Shown one piece after another: positions 1 to 13,582 of a stretch of 64,000 nucleotides of DNA (its first letter is position 1; each line of letters opens with the position of its first letter). Source of the stretch: Azolla caroliniana (taxonomy: Eukaryota; Plantae; Polypodiophyta); contig JBHGNT010000011.1 in NCBI GenBank assembly GCA_043228905.1, positions 20,646,001 to 20,710,000 of the forward strand, read 5' to 3'. The notes beneath the pieces were generated by a model that saw nothing but the letters and a program-made list of their open reading frames with translations, searched no databases and was not told where the DNA came from. The translations under genes were made by a program, and so were the position numbers.

Positions 1-1863
1 ATTGGGATTGCTTACATGTGATACACAAATTTACATCGGAAGTGATAATCAATGGTAGATCGTAGAGCATCTTGGCTTATATCTTGTTTGAAGCGGTAAA
101 CAATCCTGTTAGCTAAAGAATCCAAGAATTTATAATATGAATGATGACTATCAAACCCTCCCTTATGGCTTAGATTTCTCCTACTCATCGTTCAAATCTT
201 GATTATCCATCATTTGTGGCGCATTCCAATTCCCAACGTTTTGCAATGCTAATCCAATTCACAATTTTTTTATTATGGATGCTAGCCCTTTGTACTCAAA
301 TATTTGCAAGTCTTTCTAGCACATTGACTATCATTGCCCATTCAGGTTACAAGTTGATTCAGGAAAAGAGAAAGGGAAAGATGCACATGTACATCCCTTT
401 TCAATCTACAAGTTGATGCCCAACTAGTCCATGTTTGCCACAATGTGAGGACACTTTTATTTCTTCTTTCGAAATCAATTTTGATGTTCTCCCATAGGTT
501 CATTTTGCATCTTCAAGAAAAGGACGTCTTGTTTTAAAGTACACAAGGTAGGTTGTAGAAGTATTTTTAAAGTCAATTTAGAATATTCTAAGAACTAGTT
601 TCATGGCTAGTTTTGAACGGGTGAGAAGACAAAAAATCTTCTCGTCGACTTTGACCTTCCCATATCAATTGTTTCTTATTTTTTTGTGATAGCAAAAGTG
701 GCAACTTTGGCCTCATCTATAGGACTTCTCGGCACTTGGTGAAAGATATTAAACTTATGGGGCAAGCATAGGGTATAACCTCTATGCAGGAGGACCAAGT
801 TGATCATGTTTATGCCTCTGAGCCAAGCAAATGGGATTGGCACCAAGAGGGGATATTGTAATGTGGAACCAAGTTGTGATTTGGTTCATGCTTATTATAT
901 TAGAATCTACTAATACCTTATGTTTTGGAATCTTGATGGCTGCACCAAATTGGGGAACTATGTCATTAAGCACAGGAGTGCTTAGACACTACTGATAAAG
1001 ATTTTCCCCAACACTTGTTATGATGTCATTGTGAAATGAGATGGTCCATGTGGGATGCCTTTTGTCAAAATAATGCCTAGACCAATTGTTTCTTCCTTTT
1101 ATGTAACTTCAAAAGTTGTGACTTTAGCCTTAGGTATATGACTTCTTAGCATCATCGTTGCGTCAGAATAAGGTCAAATGTTGATTAATGAGCATGTGCA
1201 CTTGGTGATGATAAGGGAGGTGAAACATTTGGGCAAACATAGGGTACCATCTATGCAAGACAACCAAGTTGTTAATGTCTATGCCTTTTAGCCAAGAGGA
1301 TGGGATTGGCACCAAGTGGGTATGTTGTAAGGTGGCACTAGGTTACGAGTTGGTTGGTTCACTTTGAGTAGATTCAAGGCTACTAATATCTTTGATGGCT
1401 AGACAAAATTGGGGAACTTTATCGTTATGTGCCAAGTGCTAAGACACTATTGGTGTGGGTGATCTCTTGGGGAGTTTTCTCCCCAACAATTGTTATGACA
1501 TCATTTTGACATGAGGTAGTTCATGTTGGATGTCTTCTGTCAAAATAATACCTTTGAGGAAGACATTTATGCAAGCCTCAATTTTCATAGCTAAAATATG
1601 TAGGATCATCATTGTCTAAGAAACAGGTTTCCTTTAACCTCTTTAATGGCCAATCTCACTCAAAGATCAATTGTCACAACTTTTTGTTAGTGTCTTTCTA
1701 ATGCAACAAGACCGTTATCATGTGTTTGAAAGTATGAAATTAAAATATTCACCTTATGAGAATGAGCATTTTGCTATTATGGGCGCTCTCAAGAAATGTT
1801 GTGCTTGATAATGAAAACATTAAATGGTTAATCAGTCATACTGAAGACTAGCCATAAAGGGTC

Positions 1864-2070
1864 ACTCGGTTCATTCTCTTGCTTGAGAGAAAGGCTCCAA
1901 ATACTGAACCTTGGTATTATTGTCAATTTTGTACTTTCTACGAACCTTGCTCATTTAAATGGGATAAAGGCTCATTAATTTCATTTTCTTGATAGAGAGA
2001 AAGGCACCATATACTAAACCTTGGTATTATTGTCAATTTTGTACTTCTTCCAACCTTGCTTATTTAAATG
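1864..2070. repeat. Two-copy tandem duplication, about 115 bp unit
   Basis: gagagaaaggcWccaWatactRaaccttggtattattgtcaattttgtacttc occurs at about 1885 and about 1995. Confidence 0.85.
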
Positions 2071-2524
2071 CAATTCAAATGTACTTTATGGATATTGAAG
2101 TTTACATGCATATTTGCATGGCCATTAATAAGAAACTAAACAACAAATCTAAAGTAGTTGATAGATTTTAATGCCCCCATGAACATGTTAGTTGTTCCTT
2201 GGGTGATTCAAAGATCTCAAAGTATGAGAGACATGGGGACTTAGGTACTAAAGGCAATGAACATAAGGATGATGATAACATATGCCTTATTGAAGTACAT
2301 TCTCGGAATCCACCTCACTTTTAGGTTGAGGTCTTTTAAGACATTCAATGGGCCTATAAAAAGTAAGCCATTCGTAGTCTCTTTTTTATTTTTATAAAAG
2401 ATTTTCTTCAATAGTATTAAGAACGAAACGCCCGAAGGCTACAACTTGAACCTAGCTACCAAGAAGGTTACAAGTTTCTTTATACAATGATATAAAATAC
2501 AAGGATGTTTACATTTGTTGATAT

Positions 2525-5500
2525 TCAAAGAGTCCATGGAAGTCGATATTGCCATTGAGGCTCTTGAGCTACCATTGTAAACAGGGGCACCTTTTTCCAT
2601 AAGTGAAGAAGCTTTTTCCTTTTCTTGTTCACACTATCTAGGGAACCTTGCATATTGTCATACTGACCACAAACTATTGCCAACAAGTTCTCCTATAACT
2701 CAAACAACACATCTGAGAGGTGAATGTCTACCCCATCATAAAGTCGGTTACATCGATATTTCCATAATACCCATAATGTTATTGTGGACACAGTTTTCCA
2801 AATTTGGACAGATCGCACTTGCTTTCGAGGTTGTTGGAAGGGACTAACTAATATCAATCTTCTATTATGTATTGTCATTGCCTCATGAACATTGTTTGCC
2901 TCATACAACATTAAACCGGAGTGTAATACTCTCCACATCGTTGGTTCCCATGAGAATAAGCAACCTACATTGATTGTTAGGAATAAAGACACGACTTTCT
3001 TCCATACTTGTTGAGCAAAAGAACAAGACCATAAGACATGCTTGGTAGTCTCTTGAGGTTCATGGCAAATGGCACATTGCCGCAAATTAGGTGTCACATT
3101 CCCTTTCAATGCATGACCAACTGGTAGAGCCATATGCACTAATAACCATCGAAAGCGAATAAATTTAGTTGGCCCCTTGAATGACCATATCCATTTCTAA
3201 TAGGTTCTCAAAAGCAAAGTGGAAACACCCCAATTGGTCCAATGTTTCTGAGCTGCTGGTATCTTTACATTCTGAGAGAGCAGTAATGATCTTCCAAGTT
3301 TTACTGAGTATTGAAAAAAGGGGACCTTTACGATCTTTCCCCCCAAGGAGTGTGACCAAAGCCAACCCCCTGGATCCCATGTTAATCTTGCAACATGATC
3401 TTTTGAATATAACCACATGATATCACACATATGAGCAATTGATGGATAAGGATCAAGGATCCATTTCTTTCCGGTTTTAGCAACCTCTCTAACTGGTGCA
3501 CTTCGTAAGTCCTATAGATAATTGCAATCAAAGGTATAAGATTGCAATATATTGTTGTCTAGGACCTGAAAATAAGACACACGCCCATTAGGTGAAACAC
3601 CCTTAACATGCATCAATATATCATTTGTGAAGCATCCAAACCATAAATGTTCTTGCCTCGGTTGGAAGGTTGTTAAAAATGAAGAATATGTGACTGATAA
3701 GGTAGCCGTCATTATCTTGGCACCATGAACTGATTGTAGATGTACAAGTCGATCTTCTTGTGATATTTGTTGAAACTGAGTCCACGTTCTTACAGATGCA
3801 GCTGGCCCATTATCCAATTTACCCCAAGCAAGGTGAGGACGTAGGCCCAATACTTTTCCTGCATTATCCCGAAATAGAGAATTGGCAAGCATAGGTTGAT
3901 TAAGTAATGCATCCCAGGTAGAAGGTTTGTCCTTTAGCAAAAATGATTTAATTGCATCCCACACTCTTATGATTCCTAGCAAAAATCTATTGGATGCAAG
4001 ATTTCTCCTTGGTGTTTTCATGTCATTCAAGAACAACCACTTTAAAGAGGGTGACCATACTCCTCCTGTCTTAGGAGTTAATTGCATTAACTGATTTAAA
4101 AACATTCCTTTCCAAGCTTCTGATCCTGGCAACAAACCTCTGATAACAAACTTAGTCAAGAGAGCTCTTGACTGCATCAAAGGATCTATCAAACCCAACC
4201 CTCCATTAATTTTGGGTTGAATCAACACATTCCATTCTTATGAGAGCCATGTCCCCCCCCCCCCCCCCCCCCCAAAGGAAATTCCAGATCAAGCTTTTCA
4301 CTTGTGTCATCGTTGATCTAGAAAATAGCCACACAAATGCTATAAACCACATTGATGCCAATAGTACTGTATTTGCTACTACAACGCGACCTGCAAAAGA
4401 CAATTGTTGGGCATCCCAATACAATAATTTACGTTTTATTGATAATAGCAATGGAGATAGCATTACTTCTGGCCTTAAATCTATTCCAACCATATATCTT
4501 AAAATATCGAACTGGCTCACCACAATGAAGCCATCGGAAAGCATGACCTAGATACCACTCAGGATGATTTTCTGCACCAACCCAAAGGCTAACTAACTTA
4601 TTCTAGTTAAGTGATGCACTTGTAGCATCTGAGAAAACTTGCAAAGCATTTTGTACCCGACCGAGATTACTGATCTCCCCGTCAACATAGAGGGATTTAT
4701 CATCTGCAAATTCAACATCCAATACAGTGGATTGTGTAATAGGTAATACTAATCCTTTGATACCAGTAGTTGATGATCTTAGGTAGGAGGACAAAGCTTC
4801 CCCAAACAAGATAAAAAGAAATGGGGCAAGAGGGCATCCTTGTCTAACAGACCTGGATATAGGAAATAGTGTCTCGTATTCTCCAGTAAACAAAACTAAA
4901 CTAGAAGCATGCATGTAAAGGGATGAAACACCTTTTATCCATGCGGCTAGAAAACCTAATCTTGATAGCATTGCCTCAAGAAAGTCCCAATCCACTTTAT
5001 CATATGCCTTTTCAAAGTCAAGCAATAATACTGCAAGTTGTTGTTTATGTTGCTGAGCTAATGCAACCATTTCCCAGAACAAAAAGATATTATCAAAAAT
5101 ACTTCTATCTTGTAGGAAGCCACATTGTGTATCATGAATAATAGACGGCAATACAAGTCGTAGTCTAACTGCAATAGTTTTTGCCACTATCTTATACACA
5201 ACATTAAGCAATGTTATTGGCCGCCACTTGGAGACTTCATCACATTGAGCATCCGATTTAGGAATCATATATATGATTCCTTCTGTCCATTCCTCAGGCA
5301 TATTACCCGTTGAGAATATTAAATTAACTGCTCTAGTAATGAGAGAACCAATAAAATCCCAATAATGCAAATAAAAGCCAATTCCTATTCCATCTTTTCC
5401 GGGACAAACATCCTTACCTAAGGATTTAGCCGCAACAAATACCTCTTGAGATGTAAACGGTTGTAATAGCTGAAAGGCCATTACATCTGTAACCTTTTGT

Positions 5501-6855
5501 TCAATAGTTGCAAAAACAACTTGTTGCTTATAAAAATTATCTATCGTAAAAGATTCAGCAGACAATAAGTTCTAATAATAATCCGAGGCTATACTTCGCA
5601 TCTCAGAGCCATTTGATGTATAGGATCCATCAAGCCGCTTCAAAGAAGTAATAGAAAGAGGTCTAGCTTTTTGTTTAAATTGATTAAAGAATTCCTTATT
5701 GACCCGATCTTGCCTTTGTGACCGATGTGCAACATTACGATGGTAAAAGAAACTTGAGCATGCTTCCTGTTTTTCCTTTAGACTGTTTTTTACTTGCTGC
5801 AAATCACAACATAATATAGATGAAGTTGGATACCTTTCCAAAAGTTGTTGTAATGCTGCCAAAGCACGACGCAAGTTAGCAATCTCTGAATTGCAGTGAT
5901 AAACAGATGCTAAAACTATTTCTGTGAATAGAATCTTTGTATCGAGTATGGCATGAGTCATATTGCTAAGCAAACAATCATCTGAGAAATTGTATTTTGA
6001 CTGTATTTGTATGATTGACATCCGATGCTTATCCTCAGATAACATTGCAGGAGGGATACGCAATTGTCTCGAGTATTGCCTCTTAGTAAATGTAACCTGT
6101 AACTTCAGAGGGTCGTGGTCAGAGATAACTGATCCTGGAATAATTCCTATGGATCCACCTGCTTCCCAAACAATGCTACTAGCATAAAATCTATCTAGTC
6201 AAGACAAATTTGTAGCAACCAAACTTCCATCTTATCTAGAAAACTGAAGGGATCCTTGTATAAGTGAAAATGAATGCACCTTCCATAAATCCAACAACCC
6301 ATAAGTAAAACAAAAGTAATCCCAACACTTAGCTTCCCATCCTGAAATTGTAGTAGTTATACCTCCCAGCTTGTCAGCAACATCCTCAATCATATTAAAG
6401 TCGCCTCCTACCAACCAACAATATGCTAAACTCACATAATCAGAAAGAGATAGCCATAACTTTGCTCTTTCGGCCGTAGAATTAGGGGCATAGAGATTCA
6501 TAAGGCCAACCTTTTGGGATCTTATTTTTCCAATCAAGAATTGTGCCTTTTTATTCATAATAGTAGCAGCTGACACAATGATAGACTGCAAATGTTGTTT
6601 AATTGCAATGCATAGTCCAGCCTGACGGCTAGTGGGGCCAAAAGCGGGAATCTAGAAGTGAGTCCACCATCCTGGTAAAATAGATCCATACTTCCGAATT
6701 CTATCCATTCATAAGTGATGCTCTTGTAAAAAAAGAATATCAATATTTCCTACATTAGCAGTACCTAAATTTGCACGTAAGAGTCCTTTAAATCTACGAA
6801 AAGCCTGACCACCCAAGCCTTGCACATTCCAGGAAAGAAGATGTAAGGTTTCCAT
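2525..6855 (-). pseudogene. LINE ORF2 remnant (endonuclease - reverse transcriptase - zf-RVT)
   Basis: Starts METLHLLSWNVQGLG at 6855 and continues through ORF pieces 6232-6591, 5572-6063, 4603-5565, 4206-4544, 3512-4228, 3197-3430 and 2693-3139. Ends WQYRLPWTL* at 2525. Confidence 0.9.
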
Positions 6856-6856
6856 C

Positions 6857-8255
6857 TTACACATATTTTATTGGTGTCATTTTCTCAAGGAGAGCATCCT
6901 GGCGGCCTTTCTGGGCACCCTCCTGAGCTTTTGCTTGTCGTTTTAAAAGCAGATAGTTCCATGCATGCTTATGTACCCTATGATCCTTAACTTTCTTTTG
7001 AGGGGTCTGAAGTGTCAGGGTATCCTGTGAAACTGTAAATTGATATCCAACACAAGGGAGTTTATATACTCCTTGAGCCATTTCAACCCCCATCATATTT
7101 GATTGATTAGAAATAGATTTTCCTACAAGCTTATCAAAGGGAACCGAACTACCAGAGACACCGATATCGATTTGTTGGTTTGCTTCGATTCCCATAACAC
7201 TTAGAGGCATATCCACATCTGTAATATCTTGAGCAGAGACAACTTTTCCTTTTAATTTTTCAAATGAATTAACATTTGGTGTCAACTGCTGGTTCTCAAC
7301 AATTTTCAAGGGTGGTTGGCCTACTATTAACCTTGGGAAAGTCTCAGGCAACTTAGTAGAAAGTAAGTCTGTATTTTGGGGAAAATGGGTTGATGGTTGA
7401 TCTGAAATATTCACTTCATGTGACCGATCCTCTTCTACTTGGAGAGTAGAATATCTATTCTGTAAGGGGGGAAATTCCTTTAAATTATTGATTGACACTT
7501 GATGACGCTTGTCATAAGATAATTGTGAGGATACTTTCCTATGGCCGACCTCAGTCCAACCCTCAGATCTAGCCTGAGATGGGACTATAGTTGTATTGGG
7601 TACATGCTTGTCTGTCTCTTTATTAAATTTAGGGCAATTTTTTGCCAAATGACCAAATCCAAAACATCAAAAACATTGATTTGGCAAACCCCTATACAAA
7701 ATTCTCTGAGAATAAGATTCTTGTGTGGAGTCAAGTAGATTAGGCAATAAGATATTTGAGGGCAAAATTGTGGACTTAGAAATCAAAAGTTTTGTAGATG
7801 TAGCTCCCATATATTTATCATCGTTCTGACAAGATTTATCATAAGTTTCCAAGACTGTGCCAATAGTACTTGCAATTAGATGCACAAATGGCACCCACTC
7901 TTTACGTAAATTGGGAAACACTGCCACACATGTATGATATGAATCTAAATCATGAAGTACCTGATTTGCGGAGAAGTTGTGAGTCCACTTGTGGAAGAAT
8001 ACCCATCCTCCATTGATTGCCACTGTTTTCTTCTCTTGCAAGATCGGTACCATCCGTTCAAGCTCGAACTCCACTTGATAATAGTTCTGACCAAGCATTT
8101 GAATATCTGTGATGTTGTCAATATCTTGTTTTAAAGAAGCTTGTAATAACAAACGAAGATCAGCACGCCGAGGACGAATGCCCAAAACTTGCGCAATGAT
8201 AATCCTCTTCTTTAGACGTTGAATCTCTCTTACAATCTGTGCTCTATCTTGTTTT
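6857..8255 (-). pseudogene. LINE ORF1 remnant (DUF4283-like domain + CCHC zinc knuckle)
   Basis: YRGLPNQCF*CFGFGHLAKNC is a CX2CX4HX4C knuckle with one in-frame stop at 7667-7669. The ORF1 stop TAA (6857-6859) sits 1 nt upstream of the ORF2 ATG. Confidence 0.8.
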
Positions 8256-10974
8256 CATCATTCAAAGATCCCAAAAGAGCTCCTTAGAAATATGTGTTTG
8301 CATGTCATTGGTTCTATGATTTCCTTATAACATTTCTCCATGGCAGCTATGCTCCAAGTTAATGTGATTGTGCACATCTTTGTGAGAAGGGTAGATTTTC
8401 ATTTCTTGTTTCATTTGAAGATTGATTTTGAAGAATGGAAACATGACTTAGTTATTGGAAAGATTAAGGAAATTTACAAATATTATTGAAGACTAAGATA
8501 GCTCGTTTGGAGAGCAAAAAGAAGATTTCTAAGTTTCTTTAATAAAGGATCATATAAAAGTTGGCCATAAGATGGCTTACAAGAATAGACCCTAAATATA
8601 TCAAATATTTACCAATTTGGACAATTCCAAGGATAAAGAAATAACTCATAACAATAGTTTCAGAAAAAGTGTGCAAAATTAAAGCCTTTGATGGTATATG
8701 TTAGAGTCCTAACCATAGAAAGAGTGTCTTGAACATTTCTTTATGTTTCCTAAAGGGAATGTCGTAAACAAAACACCAAAGTAAAATTGTCTCTTGGTAG
8801 TTGCATTCTCATTTCATTCTTATAGTAACCTTCTCATTTTTTTCCCTTATTTATGCTCACACACTAAGCAATTATACCTAGATGGAGAGAACAACATAAA
8901 GTGGACTAGGGAAGAAATGGAAGGAGAATGTAATATAAATGTGTCAATACTATAAATGTGGATTTTGTAGTTGAAACACAAGAAAAGTATAAAAATAAAA
9001 AAGAGTGGTGTAAAATGGATGAGCAACTAATCTTTAAAATAGAAATAATTATCAAAGGTTTCAAGAAGGGTAAAGGAATCACTATGTGAACACTTACTTT
9101 GGGAGACAAGTTTCTTCATCATCTCTTTATTTAAACCAGTTTAATATGAAACAAAGAAAGGTGGTTTATCGAATGCACGGTCTTAGAGAGTGGAACCAAT
9201 TGTAATTCAATGAATATTGGAGCAACAAAATAGACATTGTTTTTTGACAAATAGCATGAGTTGTTGCACTTGAACATTTGTAGAGTGACCAAAATTCTTT
9301 CGAAGCATCAAATTTCAATGGTCAACATGCTAAATTGTTCTTTTCTTTGCTTTGTAGGAACTGTTAATATTTTTGGCGATTTAACTATTGAGATGTTGAT
9401 CATGTCCTTGGTATTACAAAAGTTTTTGCCGTGTTCCTTTCACTTCTAATACTCATGCATGAAAACTTCATGGGCCTCACTTACTACGAAATGTTGTGTC
9501 CCAACACTTTCAACGTAAGTTTTCATGTCATAATGATCACTTCATCTTTAGCTTTCAAAATCACAATTCGGTGCATTTTTCATTCCATCACCATCACCAA
9601 CAAAATCAACTCATGAATCTCTAATTTTAGAAGGATATTTTTACAAGCCTTAATAAAATTTTATTGACTTCTAATTTAGAATATTGTATGAGATCAATAA
9701 ATTCTCGCCACTAATAGGTCTTGTTGTCGACATCCTAGTAATCGTTGGATACTTTCTTTGGAGTATATAGTCAGAGAATTATTTAAAAGAATTAAATTAT
9801 ACTTACGTAAGATCATTTAATTTATGTATATACATGTTAGAATGCCTTCCATGAAATTTACTATAGAACAGTAGTTGTAACATCAAGAAACACTGCTCCA
9901 CACATAATACCTTGTAGTCAACCTCATTTAATATTGTGAACCAAGCCATGTGCGTTGTTGTGTACTCTAATGTCTTTTATGTTATTGCTTATGTCCGAGC
10001 TTAATGAACTTTACTACTTTTTCGAGAGAAAATAGAACTTGGGCAATGACATCTCTTCAAGGACTATGCATGTGAGGACCTATGGTATGGATATATGAGT
10101 ATTGACATGACCATGCAAGTGGCGTGTTGTTAGGCTGTGATGGAGCGTGTGTCCTTGGGTATAAAAGGGGTCAATGCATGTTCCACAAGGCTTGACATGA
10201 GCCTCCCATGCATGGCTGGATGCGTGGGCATATGCATAGGTCCAATATATTGGATCTCAAAAGTGTCATATAAATCCTCTACGTGCATATATCAACTTCA
10301 TATGTAGTTATAGATGGGCATGGTGACTACATTTTTGACAAGTTTTTACCCATAAAAATATCCTCCATTGGTATTAACTTTTTTGACAAGTTCATTGCTA
10401 GAACTTGGTCCAAAAGTCTATATTGTGTGATAATCAAAATTTGATCAAAGCAAAAGAAAAGCATGAGCTTACTAAAAATGTTGTTCAAGTAGTTGGTAAG
10501 TTGACACAAAACTAGCCACATTTGAGAGGCAAGGGCAAGACAGCTCACCTGCCCTTATATTTATGGGATTTGTTGCCCTCCGTTTTAGGGTTATTTCTCA
10601 CATCTATGTTCCTATTGTGTTCCACTAGTGAAGAGCACCTCATGTCATTGAGAAGATAAATGGTGGAAACATTTTGTGTCGAGTCAAATATTTGTCGAGC
10701 CTTGAGCTACAAATCATAAAGAGTTTTGGGAGTTATGGATTGGAAAGCAAACAAGCAAACATACAGGACACAAGGTATGCTAGATCTAATATCCTTTTTA
10801 AGATGTGGTTCTTAGATAAAGTACATGAAAAACTATTTTTAATGCAAAGTGGCGTGCGGAGCGGCTAATTGTTAATCTAGTTTCCAAGGTTGGGTAAAAG
10901 AATAGGCTTATATGTAGTCCAGGCTTGCTCCACACACGAAATGCAAAGTTTCCAAAAGAAAGAACATACATGCC

Positions 10975-11073
10975 ATACATATATATACATACATATAGAC
11001 ATACATATACTGTATACGTACGTACGTACATACATACATATACCGTATATGTACGTACATACATACATACATT

Positions 11074-11106
<33 letters not shown>

Positions 11107-11110
11107 GATA
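10975..11110. repeat. Compound (TACA)n/(TA)n microsatellite upstream of the trihelix gene
   Basis: Directly visible. A poly-C run follows at about 11158-11181 and CT tracts at 11285-11390. Confidence 0.9.
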
Positions 11111-12073
11111 GGTTGGGGTGGGGGGTTCCTACATAATGAACTCTTGTTGTTTGTTAGCCCCCCCCCCCCCCCCCCCCCACCCAAATCTTTTCCTCCTCTT
11201 GTGTCTAACTAAATATAGAGGAGATAGATAAATATAGAGATAGATGAAGCCATATCTACTACTACTACTACTACCTCTTTTAGCTCTCTCTCTCTCTGCC
11301 TCTCACTATGTATCTCTCAAATTCCATATGAAATGAGAGGAAAACGTGATCAATTTACTCATAATTAATCTCTATCTCTCTCTCTCTATCTGTCTGAAGA
11401 CAGAGATTCACAGACATATATATATATATATTCTTAAATTTCTACCGTTTTCGCCTGCATTTCAATAGACTTCCTCCTCCTCCTCTGCTTCCTTCCTTTT
11501 CTGTCACCGTCCATGTTGGGCCGGCCACACATTCAGAGTCTCATGGAGCGCAGGACGACATCTCCACCATTTTCAGCGGGAAAGACAGAAGTCCCGCCAT
11601 TCCTTTTCACCTAAAATCTTGTGGGTTTGTCTCTCATCTCTCTCTTTTTTCTTTTCTTTTTTGTGAAAATCTCTAATCTCTCTCTCTCTCTCTCTCAAAT
11701 TCTCTCTTTATATCTTGATGCAGAGGTGCTAGGTTTAATGATACCATTGCCTACATCGGCGCGCTTCAAAAATCTTCAAATTATGAGGTGCTGTGCTCTC
11801 TCTCTTCTATGGTTAATTTCTTTTGAGGAAGGACGACGAAGATGATTCACTACGCACAGAACTGGTAAGCTTCACTTCATGCTCTCTTTGTTTGTTTTTT
11901 TGTGTTGTTACTGTTTATTAGGGTTCTGGAAATGTATGGGAGAGAGAGAGTTTTCTTTTTCGATAAAAAAAGAAAGAAGTGTTGATTTGAGATCCAAAAC
12001 ACCTTTGAAAATTTAACCAAAACAGGTATGCATCCATATATATAGTTGTTTAAATCAGACTCATCAATCCACC

Positions 12074-13582
12074 ATGAACCATCATCACCCGAATCATCAA
12101 CAACTACCATCGTTTTGCCGAACCCTTGCAACTACTAGCCATGCACTCAGCAATATAGTGGCCCCCCAACAACGACCACAGAAGCATCTCATTGGTGCTG
12201 ATGACAATGACAGTACCACTGATGATGACAATGTCTCTTCGTCTTCCACTGAGGATGACACAAGCCAACCGTCCCAAAATTCTCTCACGATTGTCTCCCG
12301 AGGAGTCCTTCCTAGTGTAAAATCACCTTCTTTGCCCATACCTCTAAAAGATGGCTGCCTTACCATGAGAGGGATGAATTTAGTAAACCCTGAGAAGAAT
12401 TATGTGATACCTGACAGAGGGATCCTTCTCGATCCCGACCTTACCACCACTGAAGAGGATCATTCAAGACGGGAGCAGAAGAAGAGGTCCAAGAATTGGA
12501 CACGTACAGAGACATTGAAGCTCATTGAAGCTCGGTCTGAGCTTGATGAGAGGTTCCAGAAGAGTGGTCGGAAAGCGCCATTATGGGACGAGGTTTCAGT
12601 TTACCTTCATAATGCGAATTTTGCTCGAGACGGACAGCAATGCAAAGATAAGTGGGAGAAGCTCATGGCAGGATACAAGGAGGTGAGAGCTGGTACCAGG
12701 GAGAAAGAAGATCACCCATTCTATGAAGAGCTCCATCCACTCCTAGGATGGAAGTTATATACTGGAAGTGGAAGGGATGATTCACATGGCATTGATAGAT
12801 GTGCCATTGGCAATGCCAATGATAATAAGCGTGTTAAAATTGAGGAGGTAGTTAAAGATCGATACCCTCTAACCACAGTAGATGGTAAAACATTTGGAGA
12901 TATTCCACAAACTCATGCAGTTCCTGTGGCTGACATAGGGGTGCTTCTTGAGACTTTTCTTGTTCGGCAACAAGAGTTCTTCAAAGATGTGCTGGAAGCT
13001 GTGGAGAGGAAGGAACAGTATCGGGAGAGGATGAGGCACAAAATGGAGGAGAAGTGGAGGGCCGAAGAGCGAGCTCAACGGCTCACATTCAACAATGCTA
13101 TGCTTGTACTGACACAACAGCTTGTTGGTGAGCGGCTGACAGATGTGAGGACGAGCGGTAATGTGAGAGGTACAATGGTCACTACTACGAGGTGTGTATC
13201 GATGCCACCCAACAGTATAGGTCATGTGACCCCAAAGAAGAGATCAAAGAATTGGAAGAAGAGTGAGGTTTTTAGTCTTATACGATTCCGGCGTGAAATG
13301 GAAAACAAGTTCTTAATGTCAACCAGGAGAGCGGGTCTATGGGAAGAACTGGGCGAAAAGCTTTTGTCTTTAGGTATCACAAGGGATGGTAAACAATGTA
13401 GGGAGAAGTGGGACAAACTCATGGCTGAGTACAAGGATGTCATTGATGGTAAGAAAGAGAAAGAAGAAAGCCCATATTTTGTAGTGCTGAGTACATTTAT
13501 GGGGAGAACAAAGGAGGTTGAATGTAATGCCCCAATAGAGACACAGATAGGCAATAAGGAGGTGTATGGTGGAGATAGCTGA
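12074..13582 (+). CDS. Trihelix transcription factor with two Myb/SANT-like DNA-binding domains (GT-2-like architecture)
   Basis: 502-aa intact ORF with two trihelix repeats (KKRSKNWTRTETLKLIEAR...LWDEVS...RDGQQCKDKWEKL and KKRSKNWKKSEVFSLIRFR...LWEELG...RDGKQCREKWDKL) separated by a coiled coil (QQEFFKDVLEAVERKEQYRERMRHKMEEKWRAEE). ATG context is ccaccATG. Confidence 0.93.
   Translation: MNHHHPNHQQLPSFCRTLATTSHALSNIVAPQQRPQKHLIGADDNDSTTDDDNVSSSSTEDDTSQPSQNSLTIVSRGVLPSVKSPSLPIPLKDGCLTMRGMNLVNPEKNYVIPDRGILLDPDLTTTEEDHSRREQKKRSKNWTRTETLKLIEARSELDERFQKSGRKAPLWDEVSVYLHNANFARDGQQCKDKWEKLMAGYKEVRAGTREKEDHPFYEELHPLLGWKLYTGSGRDDSHGIDRCAIGNANDNKRVKIEEVVKDRYPLTTVDGKTFGDIPQTHAVPVADIGVLLETFLVRQQEFFKDVLEAVERKEQYRERMRHKMEEKWRAEERAQRLTFNNAMLVLTQQLVGERLTDVRTSGNVRGTMVTTTRCVSMPPNSIGHVTPKKRSKNWKKSEVFSLIRFRREMENKFLMSTRRAGLWEELGEKLLSLGITRDGKQCREKWDKLMAEYKDVIDGKKEKEESPYFVVLSTFMGRTKEVECNAPIETQIGNKEVYGGDS

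Larger units (their letters stand above)
2382..8255 (-). mobile_element. Degenerate L1/Tx1-clade LINE retrotransposon (ORF1 + ORF2 with many stops and frameshifts)
   Basis: Collinear minus-strand fragments: ORF1 (7667-8185, 6857-7648), APE endonuclease (SWNVQGL, NLYAPN, GGDFN), RT (WRPITLLN, LDFEKAYD, VRQGCPLAP, FADD) and C-terminal zf-RVT (CAICHEPQETTKHVLWSC). An A-rich tail lies at about 2382-2393. No TSD was identified and the 5' boundary is approximate. Confidence 0.93.

Noticed and set aside
690-1555. Diverged duplication of about 450 bp (gattggcaccaag..., aaattggggaact...)
   Set aside because: The similarity is real but old, with no coding or terminal signatures. It is probably decayed TE sequence and its boundaries cannot be defined by eye.
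10798-11184. ORFs of 60-128 aa over the TACA/TA tract
   Set aside because: Low-complexity translations of a microsatellite.
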